DNA from: an uncultured Clostridia bacterium
GTDB lineage: Bacteria > Bacillota > Clostridia > TANB77 > UBA1234
DNA length: 64,000 bases
NCBI GenBank assembly: GCA_934149405.1
Contig: CAKPEV010000002.1
Coordinates: 194,489-258,488, forward strand
Direction: 5' to 3'
The translations under genes were made by a program, and so were the position numbers. This document shows positions 1 to 15,000 of this stretch, one piece after another (position 1 is the first letter of the stretch; each line of letters starts with the position of its first letter). The notes below the pieces were generated by a model that had not been told where the DNA came from, made no database searches, and saw only the letters and a program-made list of their open reading frames with translations.

Positions 1-1
1 A

Positions 2-3000
2 ATACCGACTAATGGCGTAATCACATTGAAATTAGAATACAAGAAAGATAAAAACGTAAATCGTTACGAAGATATGGCGGCAATCAAAAACTTAATCTTC
101 ACACCAATTTTACCAAGCAATGGAAATGTAATAATAAACAATGGCGCAGAATATACATCAGCTGCAACCGTTGATTTAAGAATATACGTAGAAGATGCAA
201 CATATATGTACATCACAGAAAGCAACCAAAAGCCATCGGTTAATTCTACAGAATGGCTACCACTACTAGAAAGAACAACATACACATTAAAAGATTTAAA
301 AGATGGTGAAAAAACGATATATGTATGGTTCAAAAACGATAGTAACGCAATGTCAATCGAACCTGCAAAGGCTACAATAAAACTAGACAATTCAGCTCCA
401 ACAAACGAGGCACCAACAGTAGAAAGCACAGCAACAGAAATAAAAATAAAACTAAATCAAAAAGATGAAAACGAATTTGTATTAACAGAGTATGGATATA
501 GACTTGTAGGAACAACAGATTTTACATGGAGCGGAAATGTAAATTCAGGTGAACACACAATGGCAGGTTTAACACCAATGAAAGAATACGAAGTAGTAAC
601 AAGAGTATCAGATGGAATAAACGATGTAGTAGAATCAGAAATCACAAAAGTAAAAACAAAAATACCATCAGATAAAATAGTAATAGAAAGTTCACCATCA
701 GAAAAAACATTAAATAATGTTATCGTAACAATAACATGGAACAATAGCGAAGGTTACACACAAGAGTATAGCTTAGATGGCATAAACTACACTAAAGAAA
801 CAGACACAGTAACAACAATCGAAATGCCAAAAAACGGAATAATATATTACCAAATGAACGATGGAACATATGATACAGGAGTTCAAAAATATATAGTAGG
901 AAACATAGATAGAGAAGGGCCAGTAGTAGAAGTAGCAGAAGTAGTATCACCAAAGAGTGGTAAATATGGTATCGGCGATGAAATAACACTAAAAATAACA
1001 TGGAACGAAGAAATCTACGCATCAGAGTTGCCAAAGTTAAATATAAAATTCAACGATGATGTAAATATTCCATTAACAGCAAAATACAAAACAACAAATG
1101 AAATCGTGTATAAATATACAATCAGAGCTGAAGATAATGGATCACTACAAATAATATCATTAGAAGGTGGCGAGGTAAAAGACTCACTTCAAAACATAGC
1201 AACATACACATTGCCAGCTCAAACAGGTAGCGAGATCTACGCAGAAAACGCAGCATATATAGCAGCAACAAACACATATTATGCAACAATACAAAATGCA
1301 GTAAACGCAGCAGGAACAGAACCAACAACAATAACAGTAACAGCCAACACAGAATTAAGAAACACAGTAATAATAAAAGAAGGTCAAAACATAACATTAG
1401 ACCTAAATGGCAAAACAGTAAGTATAAAAAATGAAAGCTCAATAGTGACAGCAATAGAAAATAGCGGAACGTTAGTAATAAAAGATAGTACAAATACAGA
1501 CTCAAAAATAACAGCATATTCAGAAGAGCGTTCAGCATACACAATAATAAATAACAACACAGGAAGACTAACAATAGAAAACGGCAAAGTAGAAGCCGTA
1601 TCAAACACAAAATCAATAGCACTAAAATCATATGGAATATACAACAAAGAAGCAGGCGTAATAACACTAGGAAAAGATGATGGAACTGTATTAAGAGAAA
1701 TACCAGAAATAAAAGCAAAAGCTAAAAATGGTATAGGAATAAAATTAGTAGATGCAAATGGTAGATTATACTATTGCGATGGAACAATAAAAGGCACTAG
1801 TGACTCATTACAACTAGCTAGTGGAGCAGCTGCATACATTATTCCAACAGGCTACATGGAAAAAGTAGAAAAACAAGTAGAAGAATATGGACTATACACA
1901 GTATCATATTTATCAAACGAAAACACAGTAGAGCTAACAGTAGATGGCAAATCAGAAAGATACTTAACATTAATAGATGCATTATCAAGAGTACCTAAAG
2001 ATGGCAGACTTTCAAAAATCAAAATGCTAGCAAATGATACTTTAATGCAAGTGGCAAAAATATATGAAGGCCAAAATGTAGAGTTAGACTTAAATGGATA
2101 CACAATAACAAGAAACGAAGCAATAGATGGTGTAATCTACGCAATATTAAATAACGGAACATTAAAAATAACAGACACAAAAACCGAAGCACCAGGAAAA
2201 ATAGAAGCAATATCACAAGAAGATGTAAAAGTATACGCAGTATATAACTATAAAAATGGAACAATAACATTAGACAATGTAAAACTATTTGCTAAAAACG
2301 CAGGAGAAAACGAAGCATTTGGCTTTGATTATACTGGCGACACAACATCTATAGTAAACTTAGGCAATGTAAAAATATATAGAGATACATTAGAAAAAGA
2401 CAAAAAATATCTAAACCCAATAGGTGTATATTTATTAGAAGGTCAATACCTAAAACAAGACACAGAAATAGTAGAAGGAATAACATATAAAGTAAACTAT
2501 GGAGCAGAAACACCAAATGTATCATTAACAGTAAATGGCGAAACAACATACTATAACTCAATACAACAAGCAGTAAATGCAGCACCTACAGATGGAACAA
2601 CAGGAGAAATAAAGGTGTTGGCGGATGAGGAGTTGTATACATTTTTAAATGTTGATTCAACCAAAAACATAAGCATTGATTTAAATGGAAAAACAATAAC
2701 AGCCCAAAATGTGGTGCAAGCAATACAAAATGATGGTGATTTAATAATAAAAGATACATCTGCAAATGAAGAAGGCATAATAAAGCTAACAAATATTAAT
2801 GATGCATATGGAATTAAGCAAGGCTCTAAATTATTACAGATAGATAGTGGCACAATAATGGCTACTTCAACTAATAACATTATAATAGGTGTTCAAGCTA
2901 TAAGAACAACAAATCAACAAGCAACAATTGTTATAAATGGCGGAAAATTAAAAGCTATGGCAAATGGAACATATATATTAAGTGGCATGACAATGAATAA

Positions 3001-6000
3001 TAACGGAGAAATTCAAAGTGGAAAAGTAAATTTGCCAAAAGGAAAACACTTAACATATATGGCAGAAGAGAATTATGTAACAAACTATCTAGAAGATGGT
3101 GAAGTTGTAGCAACATTAGAACAAAATGGAGTATTTACAAATTACGCATCAATACAAGATGCAGTAGCTGCAGTTGTTGCTGATGGTACAAAAGCAAAAA
3201 TAACAATGTATGAAAACGAGAGTTTAGGCAGACAAATAGATATAGCAAGTGGCAAAAACGTAGAACTAGATTTAAATGGTAAAGAAATTTATTTTGGACG
3301 CACACCAGTGTTAATAAAAAATTATGGTGATATAGCAATAAACGATAGTTCAAATGGAGAAGGAAAACTAACCGCTGTTGCAAATGCTAGAAATGGACAG
3401 GTTATAAACAATAGCGGTAGTGGAACAGTAACAATAAATGCAGGCGTTATTTCTTCAAAAGCAGATGTGACATTTACAACAATATATAACACAAGTACAG
3501 GAAACATTATAATAAACGGTGGAAAAATAAGTGGTTTTCTAAAAACATCAGAAGGTAGATTGATAGGAAATGATGGAACAGGAACAATACAAATAAATAG
3601 TGGTGAGATTACATCAAATAGAAATGTGCTAATACTAAACTGGAAAAATGGTAACATAGAAATAAATGGAGGTAATATTAAAGCTAATGGAAACATAGTT
3701 GAAAATAAAGCTTCTGGTACAATAACTATTAACGGTGGAAATCTAACTTCAATAAAAGCAACAGGAATAGTAAATGGCGGTAATGGTAATATAGAACTTA
3801 ATGGTGGAACAATAAATGTTGAATTAGCTTCAGGAATAGTAAACGGTAGCACAGGAAATGTTATTGTAAATAGTGGTAATATAAAAATTAGTGGTGGCAA
3901 TCATGTAATATGGAATGGTAACATGGGAAATGTTTATGTATATGGAGGAGAGTTAGATGCAGGAAATGATGGCACAGGAATTAACAATACTTCTAAAGGT
4001 AAAATCATAATAGGTAAAGATGATGGAATTGTACTTTCTGAACCTGTAATAATTGGTAGATATGCTATAAATCAGAGAGCGTTAGGCAGTGAAGTTTATT
4101 ATTATGATGGTATTTTGAAAGGTACAGATGTTAATGTGGTGTATCCAGCGAATACTCAATTTAAATCAAATGAGACTCCAACAGAAAAATATTACTTAAT
4201 AATGACGATAGATGATGCATATTTATCATATACTAGAGAAGATTCATTTAATGTAATATCGTATTCTAAAGAAGCAAATTACGAACTAAGTTATATAGAA
4301 AATGGACAAAATATTGTAAAACTATACTCGACATTAAAAACTGCAATAAAAGGAACACCAGAAAATATTACTACAAAAATTAAACTATTAAAAGATACAG
4401 AAGAAACAGCATTTGTAGAAATTACGAAAAATCAAAGCATTATATTGGATTTGAATGGTAAAGAATTGAAGATAATGAATACTCCTGGTGTAACATGGAG
4501 AACTCAAGGGATAGTAAATAGTGGTACATTACAGGTAGTGGATAAATCAGCCGAAAGAACAGGAATAATCAAAGGATATGATTCAGACAGTGTAATAGAG
4601 CTAATTCAACAATATTGTACAGGTGGAACATTTATACTAGGTGAAGACGACGGAACAGTTAATATCGATTCTCCAATAATCTTTTCTGAAGGTGAGGCAA
4701 TAAATAATATTGCTAGTACCTTCAAAATGTATGATGGAAAAATTATCGGAAGAAGAGTAATACATGGTAATGGCAGCAGTAAGTATGAAGTTCCAGAAGG
4801 ATATATGAGAAAAGATGTGCTATCAAGTGATGGAGTATATTGGGTAGAATACCTTGTAAAAAAGGAAGGTATCACAATTGTTCCAGAAACAGAAGCATGG
4901 ACTAACAAAGATTTGAATGTAGATATATTCTATTCAAACAGTAACTATAAAAACCAATATAAGATAGGAAATGGAGAATGGCAAACAGCAACGCTAACCA
5001 ATAATGTTATAAAAGTAGCTACACAAGAAAATTGCACAATTTATGCAAGGTCATTAGATTCAAATTCTAATGTAATATACTCTGGAGAATATGAAGTGAC
5101 CAATATAGATAAAGTAGTGCCAACAATAGAAAATATAACAGCAACGTCAGCAAAAGCTACAAGTCAAACAATAACATTTAGCGTAAACGATAATGCATCA
5201 GGTGTAGTAGCATATGTACTAACTATGGATGCTACAAAGTTATTAGACGATGCAAAATGGATAGAAAGTTCTGGTGAGACAATCACAGATAAAGTTAATA
5301 AAAATGGTACTTGGTATGTATTTGTAAAAGATGCTGCTGGAAATATATCGAATAGTGCATCAGTGGTAGTTACAAATATAGATACAGAATTCCCTATAGT
5401 TTCTAATATCGAAGTTACTTCGCCAGTAACAGGCCATTATTTTGAAAACGATGAAATAACACTTAAAGTGAACTTTAGTGAAAATATAGTTGTAAAAGAA
5501 ATGCCAATATTAAAAATAAAATTTGGTAATGGCGAAGTAAGAGAAATCACAACTGGTACAGCAGGTGCAAGCACAATAACATGTAAATATCAAATCCAAA
5601 TGGCAGATGAAGGAGATTTGACATTAGTAGATTTAGAAGGCGGAGATATAGAAGATGAAGTAGGCAACAAGTATCAAAAAACAGAGATAGAGCTAATAGG
5701 ATACAAAATATCAGTAGGGGCTAGAGTGTATGTTGTTGAAACAAATACGTACTATAGAACACTTCAAGAAGCAATAGGTAGCTGTAGCAAGACTGCAACT
5801 GAATATACAACAATAAAATTAGTAAAAGACAATGAATACATAGAAGAAGATAGTATTTTAGTATCTTTAGGTCAAAAAGTAAAAATAGACTTAAATGGAA
5901 AAGCTTTAAAGATAACAGATGTAAAAGCAGGCGTAATATACGGTGGAGATAGTACAACAAAAGGAAATCAAAAGGGAATAATAAACCAAGGCGATTTGAT

Positions 6001-9000
6001 AATCACAGATACATCAGAGTTAAAAACTGGTTCTATTGATGCAACGGGTAATGGCAACATGGTTATTACAATAAAGAATGAAAACACAGGTAAATTAAAG
6101 ATAATAGACTGTGCAAACTTTGAAGGAAGCTATGCAGTGTATAATGAAGGAACTTCTTCATTAACTATTGAAAATTCTACAATTATAGGAAGAATTAGAG
6201 GTGTGCATAGTGAGGGAGCAAGTAATATCGAAATAAAAGATAGCTTTATAGAATCAACATCGACAGAATATGGTACATGGGCTATGTATATAAAGAACAA
6301 AGATGCTAAAATAATTGTAAATAACAGTGAATTTAAAGGTAGACAATCAGGTATAAACATATGCGATGGAATGAAAGTAAACAGTGATGGAACTGCGCAA
6401 ACCGGAATGTTTAATATACCACAAAATAAATATATAGCATATAAAGTAGAAGATGGAGATGTTGTAAATTACTTAGCAGATGGCGAAGCAATAGTAGAAC
6501 TAGAGTTAAATGGAGAAACAACAAAATATAATTCTATATACGATGCAATCGCCGTAGTTCCAACAGACAATACACTTGCAAAAATCAAATTAGTGCAAAA
6601 TCAAAATTTGTGGAAAGATGTTAAGATTGCAAATGGACAAAACATAGAAATAGACTTAAATGGAAAAGAAATATATGTGCAATTTTTATATCAAGCAAGG
6701 TTAATAGAGAATAACGGAAATATAAAGGTAATTGATTCTTTAAACGGGGAACAAGGAAGAATAAAAAATTATGCTCCGGGTTCTGGTATTACTACTTATG
6801 GTATATACAACAATGGCACAGGAACAGCGGAATTAGCGAGTGGAACGATAGATGTAGAAGTAGAAAATGGTCGTTCAAGTGGCTTATATAATGCTACTAC
6901 AGGAACAATAATATTAAGTGGTGGTACAATATATACAAAGGCAAACGTCTATGCACAAGGATTACATGATCTTGGAAAAGGGGGCTCTACAAAAATAACA
7001 GGAGGAAAAGTATATTCATCAGGTACAGGTTTACTAGTAGAAAACTCAAGTACAACACTAATATTTAAGAGTGGTGAAATAGGAGCTATTCAATCAACAA
7101 TGAATATCCCTAGTGCAATGTCAATAAATAATAGTGGCTCGTATGAAAATGGAAAAGTAAATATACCACAAAATATGCATATAGCATATAAAATGGAAGA
7201 TAAATATATAGTAAACTATTTGACAGCTGGTTCAAAAGTAGCAACATTAGAAGTAAATGGAACAGTAACAGAATATGGTTCTATATATGATGCAGTTGCA
7301 GCTTCTCCAACTGATGGAACATATGCAAAAATAACTCTATATGAAAATGAAATAATATCGAAAAAGCTAGAAATACTAGCTAGACAAAATATAGAAATAG
7401 ACTTAAATGGAAAAGAGTTAGTAGGAAAAAATTATATAAATAACAATGGCGACCTTATAATAAGTGATACATCAGAAGAACAAACAGGTAAAATAAATGT
7501 AGATTCTCAATATGTAATTTACAATCAAGGCACAGGAACAGTTGAATTAAAATCAGGATTGCTAGGAGCATACACAAATATTTATACACCTAGATATGGA
7601 ATTCACAACAATAGTACTGGTACTGTTAAAATGAGTGGTGGAAAAATAAATATAGAAACAACGCATTGGAGCTATTGTATATATAATGCATCAAATGGTA
7701 GAGTGGAATTTACAAACGGTGAAATGGTAAATAACAATGGTCTTGATGGCGGTGGAATATATAACAAAAATGGTGTTGTAGTTATGAATGGTGGTACTAT
7801 GTACCCAGTTTATAAAGGAATACAGAATGAAAATAACGGAACGGTTGAAATAAATGGTGGAACAATAGTTACAACAAAATATGAGCCTGTAATCAATAAA
7901 GGCACTGGTGATGTTGTAATAAATAACGGTTTATTAAAAGTAATTGAAACTTGTTATGCGAAAACAATCAATAATGCAAGCACAGCTTCTATAACAATAA
8001 ATGGTGGAATATTCTCCGCAAGGGGGGCAGATGGAATAATTAACTTTGGAAATAAAGGCACATTGAACATAAATGGCGGTAAGTTTATAAACACATCACA
8101 TTCAACGATGTTTAATCCAACCAACAGAGTAGTAGATCTACCTGAAAACACATACCTAAAAGTTAGTTACACAAAATCTGGTGATAGCCATGTATACATT
8201 GGCGAACTAGACACCGCAGGTGATTACGAATTAACAACTCAAGATGGCACAATAACATATTATAATACATTGCAAGAAGCATTTAATGCAGTACCAACGA
8301 ATGGTACATTATCAAAGATAAAATTGTTGACAGACTGTGAACTTTCAGAAACTGTTAGAGTAGAAAATAGTAGAAAAGTTCAGCTAGATTTAAATGGGCA
8401 TAAAATAAAATATTATTCAACAGTAAAAGAGGTAATAGCACTAAGGAATACTAGCGGACAAGTTTTTGAAATTGTAGATACAAGTGGAGATGGACTAATA
8501 GATGTAAAAGCGGAGGGGTACAATGCATATGCAATATATAATAATAGTTCGTCAGGCAAGATAAGAATAATCAGTGGAAAAATTCAAGTAACGTCAATTG
8601 GTGGAGACGCTTATGGTATATATACTCAAAATGGACTTTCTAAAGAGGTTGGCAATGAAGCTATAAGAGTTGAAGGTGGAAGTATTTCTGCAAAGTCTGA
8701 AGTTGGAACTAATTCAGCAGTTTCAGGTAAAGCATATGGTGTGTATAATAGACAATATGGTGCCGTATGTATAACCGGAAAAGACACAATGATTTCGGCA
8801 ACGTCAGCATTAAACGAGAGTTATGGTGTATATAATGCGGATGCTAGTGCTGCGACAGTACCAGTAACAATCGGTGAAAAAGATGGTATTGTTAGCACAA
8901 CATCACCATATATAGCTGGTGAAACAGCAGGAATTTATATAACAAAGACAAAATCTACAAGTATTTACGACGGTGCAATCACCGGTAAAGCCGGTGGGGC

Positions 9001-12000
9001 TATAAAAACATCTACAACAGGTAATGCTACAGAAATCGTAAGCGATACCGAAAGCAACACATTCGTTTATACAAAGAGCAACAACGATGGCACAGAAACT
9101 GTAATGTTATTAAAGAATATTCAAAGCTTGAATGTAAAACCAAGTGCAATTTTATCAAACAATTTGAATACAGATTACACATTAGAAATATCATATATGC
9201 CAGCAGATGCAGCTGAAGTAAGATTAGATGTTGAAAGCTCAGATGTGAATATAGCGGTAGTAAATGAAATTGAAGAAGGCATATATAGTGTAAGAACAAA
9301 AGGCGAAGGTAGTGGCGAAATTACAATTACAGCAACAGACCTTTCTGACAAAACATTAACACAAACAGTTAAGCTATTAGTTGATACAGTGGCTCCAACT
9401 ACAACAGCACCAACAGCAACATCTACAGGAAGTTCAGTTACAATAACATGTAACCAAGAAGATGAAAACATAGACAAAAATGAAATATATTATGCAATAT
9501 CTGAAGATGGTGTTACATGGAGCTCATGGAGCAAGCGTGCTACAATTAACGGTTTAAAAGCAGATACATTATATAAGATTAAAACAAAAGCAAGTGATTT
9601 ACTTGGCAACACTGCAGAATCAGAAATTTCAGAGATTCGTACAAAGCTTGCAAATAATTCTAAATTTACATTTAATCCAGACACAATGACAAAAGAAAAT
9701 GTAGTTGTAACAATAACATGGAACAATCCACAAAAAACACCACAATACTATAAAGTAGGAGAGGGCGAGTGGACATTAGAGACAAACGAAACAACTCAAG
9801 TAACAATAGAAGAAAATGGCACAACAATTTATACAAAGCTAATTTATGATGGAACAGAAGAAAGCGATATTAAATCAGCTACAGTAGATAACATAGATAG
9901 ATTAGCACCTACAGGAACACTAGCAATAAACGAAGCATACCCAAGATATGATGGATATGTAACATTAAAAATAACAGGTATAGACGACGCCTCAACAGTT
10001 GGCGATGGCTTAGGTACAATAGCATATATGTATATAACAGAAGAAAACTTAAGCGAGGCACCAGCAGAAGATGATGAAGGTTGGATAAAATATGAGGGTG
10101 ATCACGATGCATATGATTATTACATACAAAAAGGCGAGGGCGAAGTTTCAATATATTTATGGCTAATGGATAAAGCTCACAACACATCAAATGCATTAGT
10201 AGCAACAACAGAGTTTATACCACCAGTAGCAGTATTGTTTGAGGATGATAACCTAGTTGGAGAGTATCAATCAATTGCAGAAGCATATAACGCAGCAAGA
10301 ACAGGAAGTACAAGTCCTTCAACGATTATAGTTTGTCAAGATACAACAATTACCGCAACATTAAATATAGCTACAAATAAAAATATAATTCTAGATCTAA
10401 ATGGAAAAACAGTATCAAGCACAATCGCAATACTTATATATAATAAGGGAAATCTAGAATTAATAGATAGTCAAAAAGGTGGTAAAATAGTTGGAACATG
10501 TACCAATAATGAAATTAGAATTATAAAAAATGAAAAGAATTTAACGGTAAAAGCTGGAAGATTAGAAATACTTAGAACTACAAAGGTTAGCAGAAAGGTT
10601 ATGGCAATAGAGAACACTGGCAATTCAGCAGTATTAAACATGGCTGGTGGCGAAATATATGTAGAAATTGTTAGTGACTTTGGTTATGGCATATATAATG
10701 ATAGTAGATACACAAACGGAGTATCTTCAAAAGTAACTAATACAAACATAGAAGTTGTAAGTAAAGATGTAGCAGAGGTATTCGGCATTTGGAGTATGAG
10801 TAATGGTTCAGTAGAAGTTGAAAACACAAAGATAAGTGCAACATCTGTAAACGCAGGTGCAGGCGCAATTAAGAAAACTGGAAATGGAGACATAAAATTA
10901 TTATCAGGTAGCTACATGGGTTCTTCTAGTAAATCAACAGGATATGGAGTGCTTTTAAATAATGCAACTAACACCGTAACCATCGGCACAAATGACGGCA
11001 TTGTCAGAGATGAACAAGTATCAATCTATGGTAACACATACGGTCTATACAGAAGCACAGGTAAATTCAATTTCTATGATGGCACAATAAAAGGTGCAGA
11101 TGGAAAATCAATATATTGTGATTTTGCTAACATAAACACGCCAGCACAATATGGAATTATAAAAACAACATCTGATGGAATTGAAACAGCAAAACTATCA
11201 CTAGATAGTATTGCACCTACAATCGGAAGCATTGAAATAACAAACGACTTAAATGTATACAAGCAAACAATATCTGTTAAAAATGTTGAAGACTTTGGAT
11301 TTGGCATTGTAGCATACAGATTTAGTAATAGTATGACAGTACCAACAAAAGCAAATACAGATTGGACATATATAGATGCTACAAATGGACCAATAGACTT
11401 TAGCTACGAAGTAACTAAAAATGGCGAATACTATTTCTGGGCTATGGATATGGCAGGCAATATATCAAATACAGCAAGCGTAACAGCCGAAAACATAAAG
11501 ATAAAAGTTACTGGCATAACAGCTAGCAACATAAACGCAGAAGTAGGAGCAGAAACACAAATAACAGTAACACTTTCGCCAACAGGTTCTGAAGCAGCAA
11601 ACATTATATATAAAGCAACAGATGAAACAATAGTACATGTAAATGCAGAAACAGGAGTGGTTACAGGCTTAAAAGAAGGCAATACAGAAATTACAGTTAC
11701 AGCAGTAAACTATGATGGCACAAGTGTTACAGGTACGTTAACAGTAACTGTTACAGATCCAAACAAAGAGCCAGTAGAAAGTACAAAAACAGCACCAACA
11801 CTAGTTGCAGGATACAAAAAGATTACAGCAACATGTAATCAAACAGGAGAAAATATAACAAACACATATTATGCAATATCTAGTGATGGCGAGAACTATC
11901 TAGCATGGCAAGAAAGTAATGTATTCGAAAACCTAGAAACAGGCAAAGTATACTATGTAAAAACAAAGATAGTAACAACAGAGGGAGAGACAGAATCAGT

Positions 12001-15000
12001 AGCAGCAATAATCGCAGTGCCAACATACACAGCAAAGCTAGAACAAAGTGGCACAGTGACATATTATAAAGATGTACAAGAAGCAATGGATAATGCAAAT
12101 GTGAGTGGTGCAAAAATAACAATGCTAGAAAACGAAACAAGAGCATCAGAAATCACAGTTGCAAGCGGTAAAAACATCGTATTAGATTTAGATGGACACG
12201 AGGTAAACATTCTTGGAACATCAAGTAGCAAACTATATGGAGTAACAAACAAAGGAACAATCAAAATAACAGACAGCAAAGAAACAGGAAAACTATTAGT
12301 TTCATCTACAAATGCAGAAGCAGTATATGGAATATATAACGATGGTGGAACAGTAGAATTAGATAAGATAGAAATAGAAGTAGCAAAAACAAATGGAGCA
12401 GAAACATCATATGCAATTTATAATAATAGTGGCGTAACAACAGTAGGAGATAATACTACAGCGGTAAGCACATCAAAACCAAAATTAACATCAACAGGCT
12501 ATGGACTATATAGTGTAAGTGGCACACTAAACTATTATGATGGTGTAATAATTGCAGAAAAAGGCAAGACAACAAATGGAATAATAAACTTAGTGTCAGG
12601 CTACAAAATAACAACAGAAAACTTGGGCACACAAGATAAATCATATTTAACAGAATTAAAAGTAGACTTGAGTACTGCAATGATAATGGAGTGGCAAGTT
12701 CCAGCAAACACAGAGATAACATTACCAATATCAAATGGTGAAAATGTGGATATCGTGGTAGACTACGGCGATGGAAATGTGGAATGGGTAAAAGGCGAGA
12801 CCTTCCCTAAACACACATACCAAACTGCAGGAACATACCAAATAAAAATTAGTGGAACACTAAGCGACTTTGGAAATTATAGCGAAAGCGAAATCACAGC
12901 GGGAAGTAATTATTATACATTTGCAAATTACATGACAAAGCTAAGCAAATGGGGAGATTTAGGAGCATCAAGATATGGCTTTGCAAACTGTAAAAACTTA
13001 AACTATGTAGATAACAAACCTACAAGAAGCACATTCAAAAATGTAAAAGACATGAGTGATATGTTCTATGGTTGTACATCTTTAAAAACATTAGACTTAA
13101 GTAATTACAGCATAACAAATGTTACAAACATGCAAAACATGTTTAACAAAATGACAAGCATTGAATCAATGCAAGTAAGCAATCAATTTGTGGTAGTAGC
13201 AAATTCAAATGGTATATTTGATAATACAAATAGCCTAAAAGCAATAATAGTATCAAACAAAATACCAAAAGCAGGAGCATTCACAAATGTAAAAGATAGC
13301 TTATCATCAAATGTAAAATTCTATGTGCCAACAGAAGAAGCTTACGAAAAATCATGGGCAAACGACTTTGGTAAAGAAAGAATAGAACCTATCTTGCAAT
13401 TAGTAGGTAAGACACCAATAAGAGCAAACATAAACGAAACATACCAAGATGCGGGCTACTTAGTAGCAGGTTTCGAAATGGAAAAAGCAGAATTATATAA
13501 TTGCTATGGATACACAGTAACTATGTTAAACACAATAGACACAAGCAAAGAACAAACACAAACATTAACATATAGAATCTCGAGAACATACCAAAGCGGA
13601 GCAGAAACAATACAAGAAGACTTAATGGATGTAACAAGAGAAATAAAAGTAGTAGACCTAGACAAATATATGATAACTGAGTGGAATGTATCAGGCGACG
13701 CAGGATTAGAGATAACATTACCAGTAAGCGGCACAGGATTAAACATTATAGTAGACTGGGGCGATGGAACAGAAGAAACAATAACTCAAGAATATCCGAC
13801 ACATACATATGCAAAAGCAGGAGTGTATGAGATAGCAGTGATGGGCAATTGCCCAGAGTGGGGATATAAAGAAAGTACTTCGATTGGAAATCAAAGCAAG
13901 TATTATACCTATACGCAGTATTTGATTGGTATAAAGCAATGGGGAGAATTAAATGCCACAAGATATGGGTTTAGTAAATGCATAAATTTGAAATATGTGC
14001 ATGGAAACGCTACAACCAATACATTCTTGAAATTAAATGATATGACAAGAATGTTCTGTGATTGTAAGAGTCTGCAAGAACTAGACTTGAGTTTTATAAA
14101 CTCATCTAATGTTACATGCATGCATGGAGTTTTTGCAGGATGTACTAATTTAAAAAGCATAAATTTAGATACATTAAACACGAATAAAGTAAATGATATG
14201 AGTAATATGTTTAGTGGATGTAACTCATTGAAAGATTTAGATTTAAAAAATTTTGATACGTCGAATGTAAAATATATGTATACTATGTTTTATGATTGCA
14301 AGAGTCTGACAAAATTGGATATATCAAATTTTGTCACTAATAATGTGGTTGGTATGACAGGAATGTTTAAACAGTGTAGAAATTTGGTTGAGTTGAATTT
14401 GACATCAATCGATACTTCAAATGTGACATCGATGTTTCAAATGTTCAATGCATGCAATTCATTAAAAGAATTAGATTTAAGTAATTTTAATACTTCTAAG
14501 GTTACATCTACTAATGATATGTTCTATGATTGCAGAAGCTTGGAAAAATTGGATATAAGTAATTTCGATACATCAAATGTCACGAATATGTATGATATGT
14601 TTTGCGGTTGCAAGAGCTTGAAGGAATTAGATGTAAGCAGTTTTGATACTTCGAAAGTTGATAATATGATGTCAATGTTTGCAAATTGCAGTTCATTGGA
14701 ACGTTTAAATATAAGTAACTTTAACACTTCAAATGTCACCGCGATGAACGGAATGTTTAGAGGATGTAGTAAAGTAGAAACATTGAATCTTAAAAATATT
14801 GAATTAGCTAATGTAAAATCAATGAATGAAATGTTTGCTGGTTGTACAAAACTAAAGAGTATTTTAACAAGTGAAAAGTTTGTTATCTCAGGTGATACAA
14901 CAGATATGTTTAACAACTGTCCTAACTTAACCGCCGTCATCACCACAAGCACCACCCCAGTTGCAAACCAATTCAAAGGTCAATTGCCAACAGGTACATC

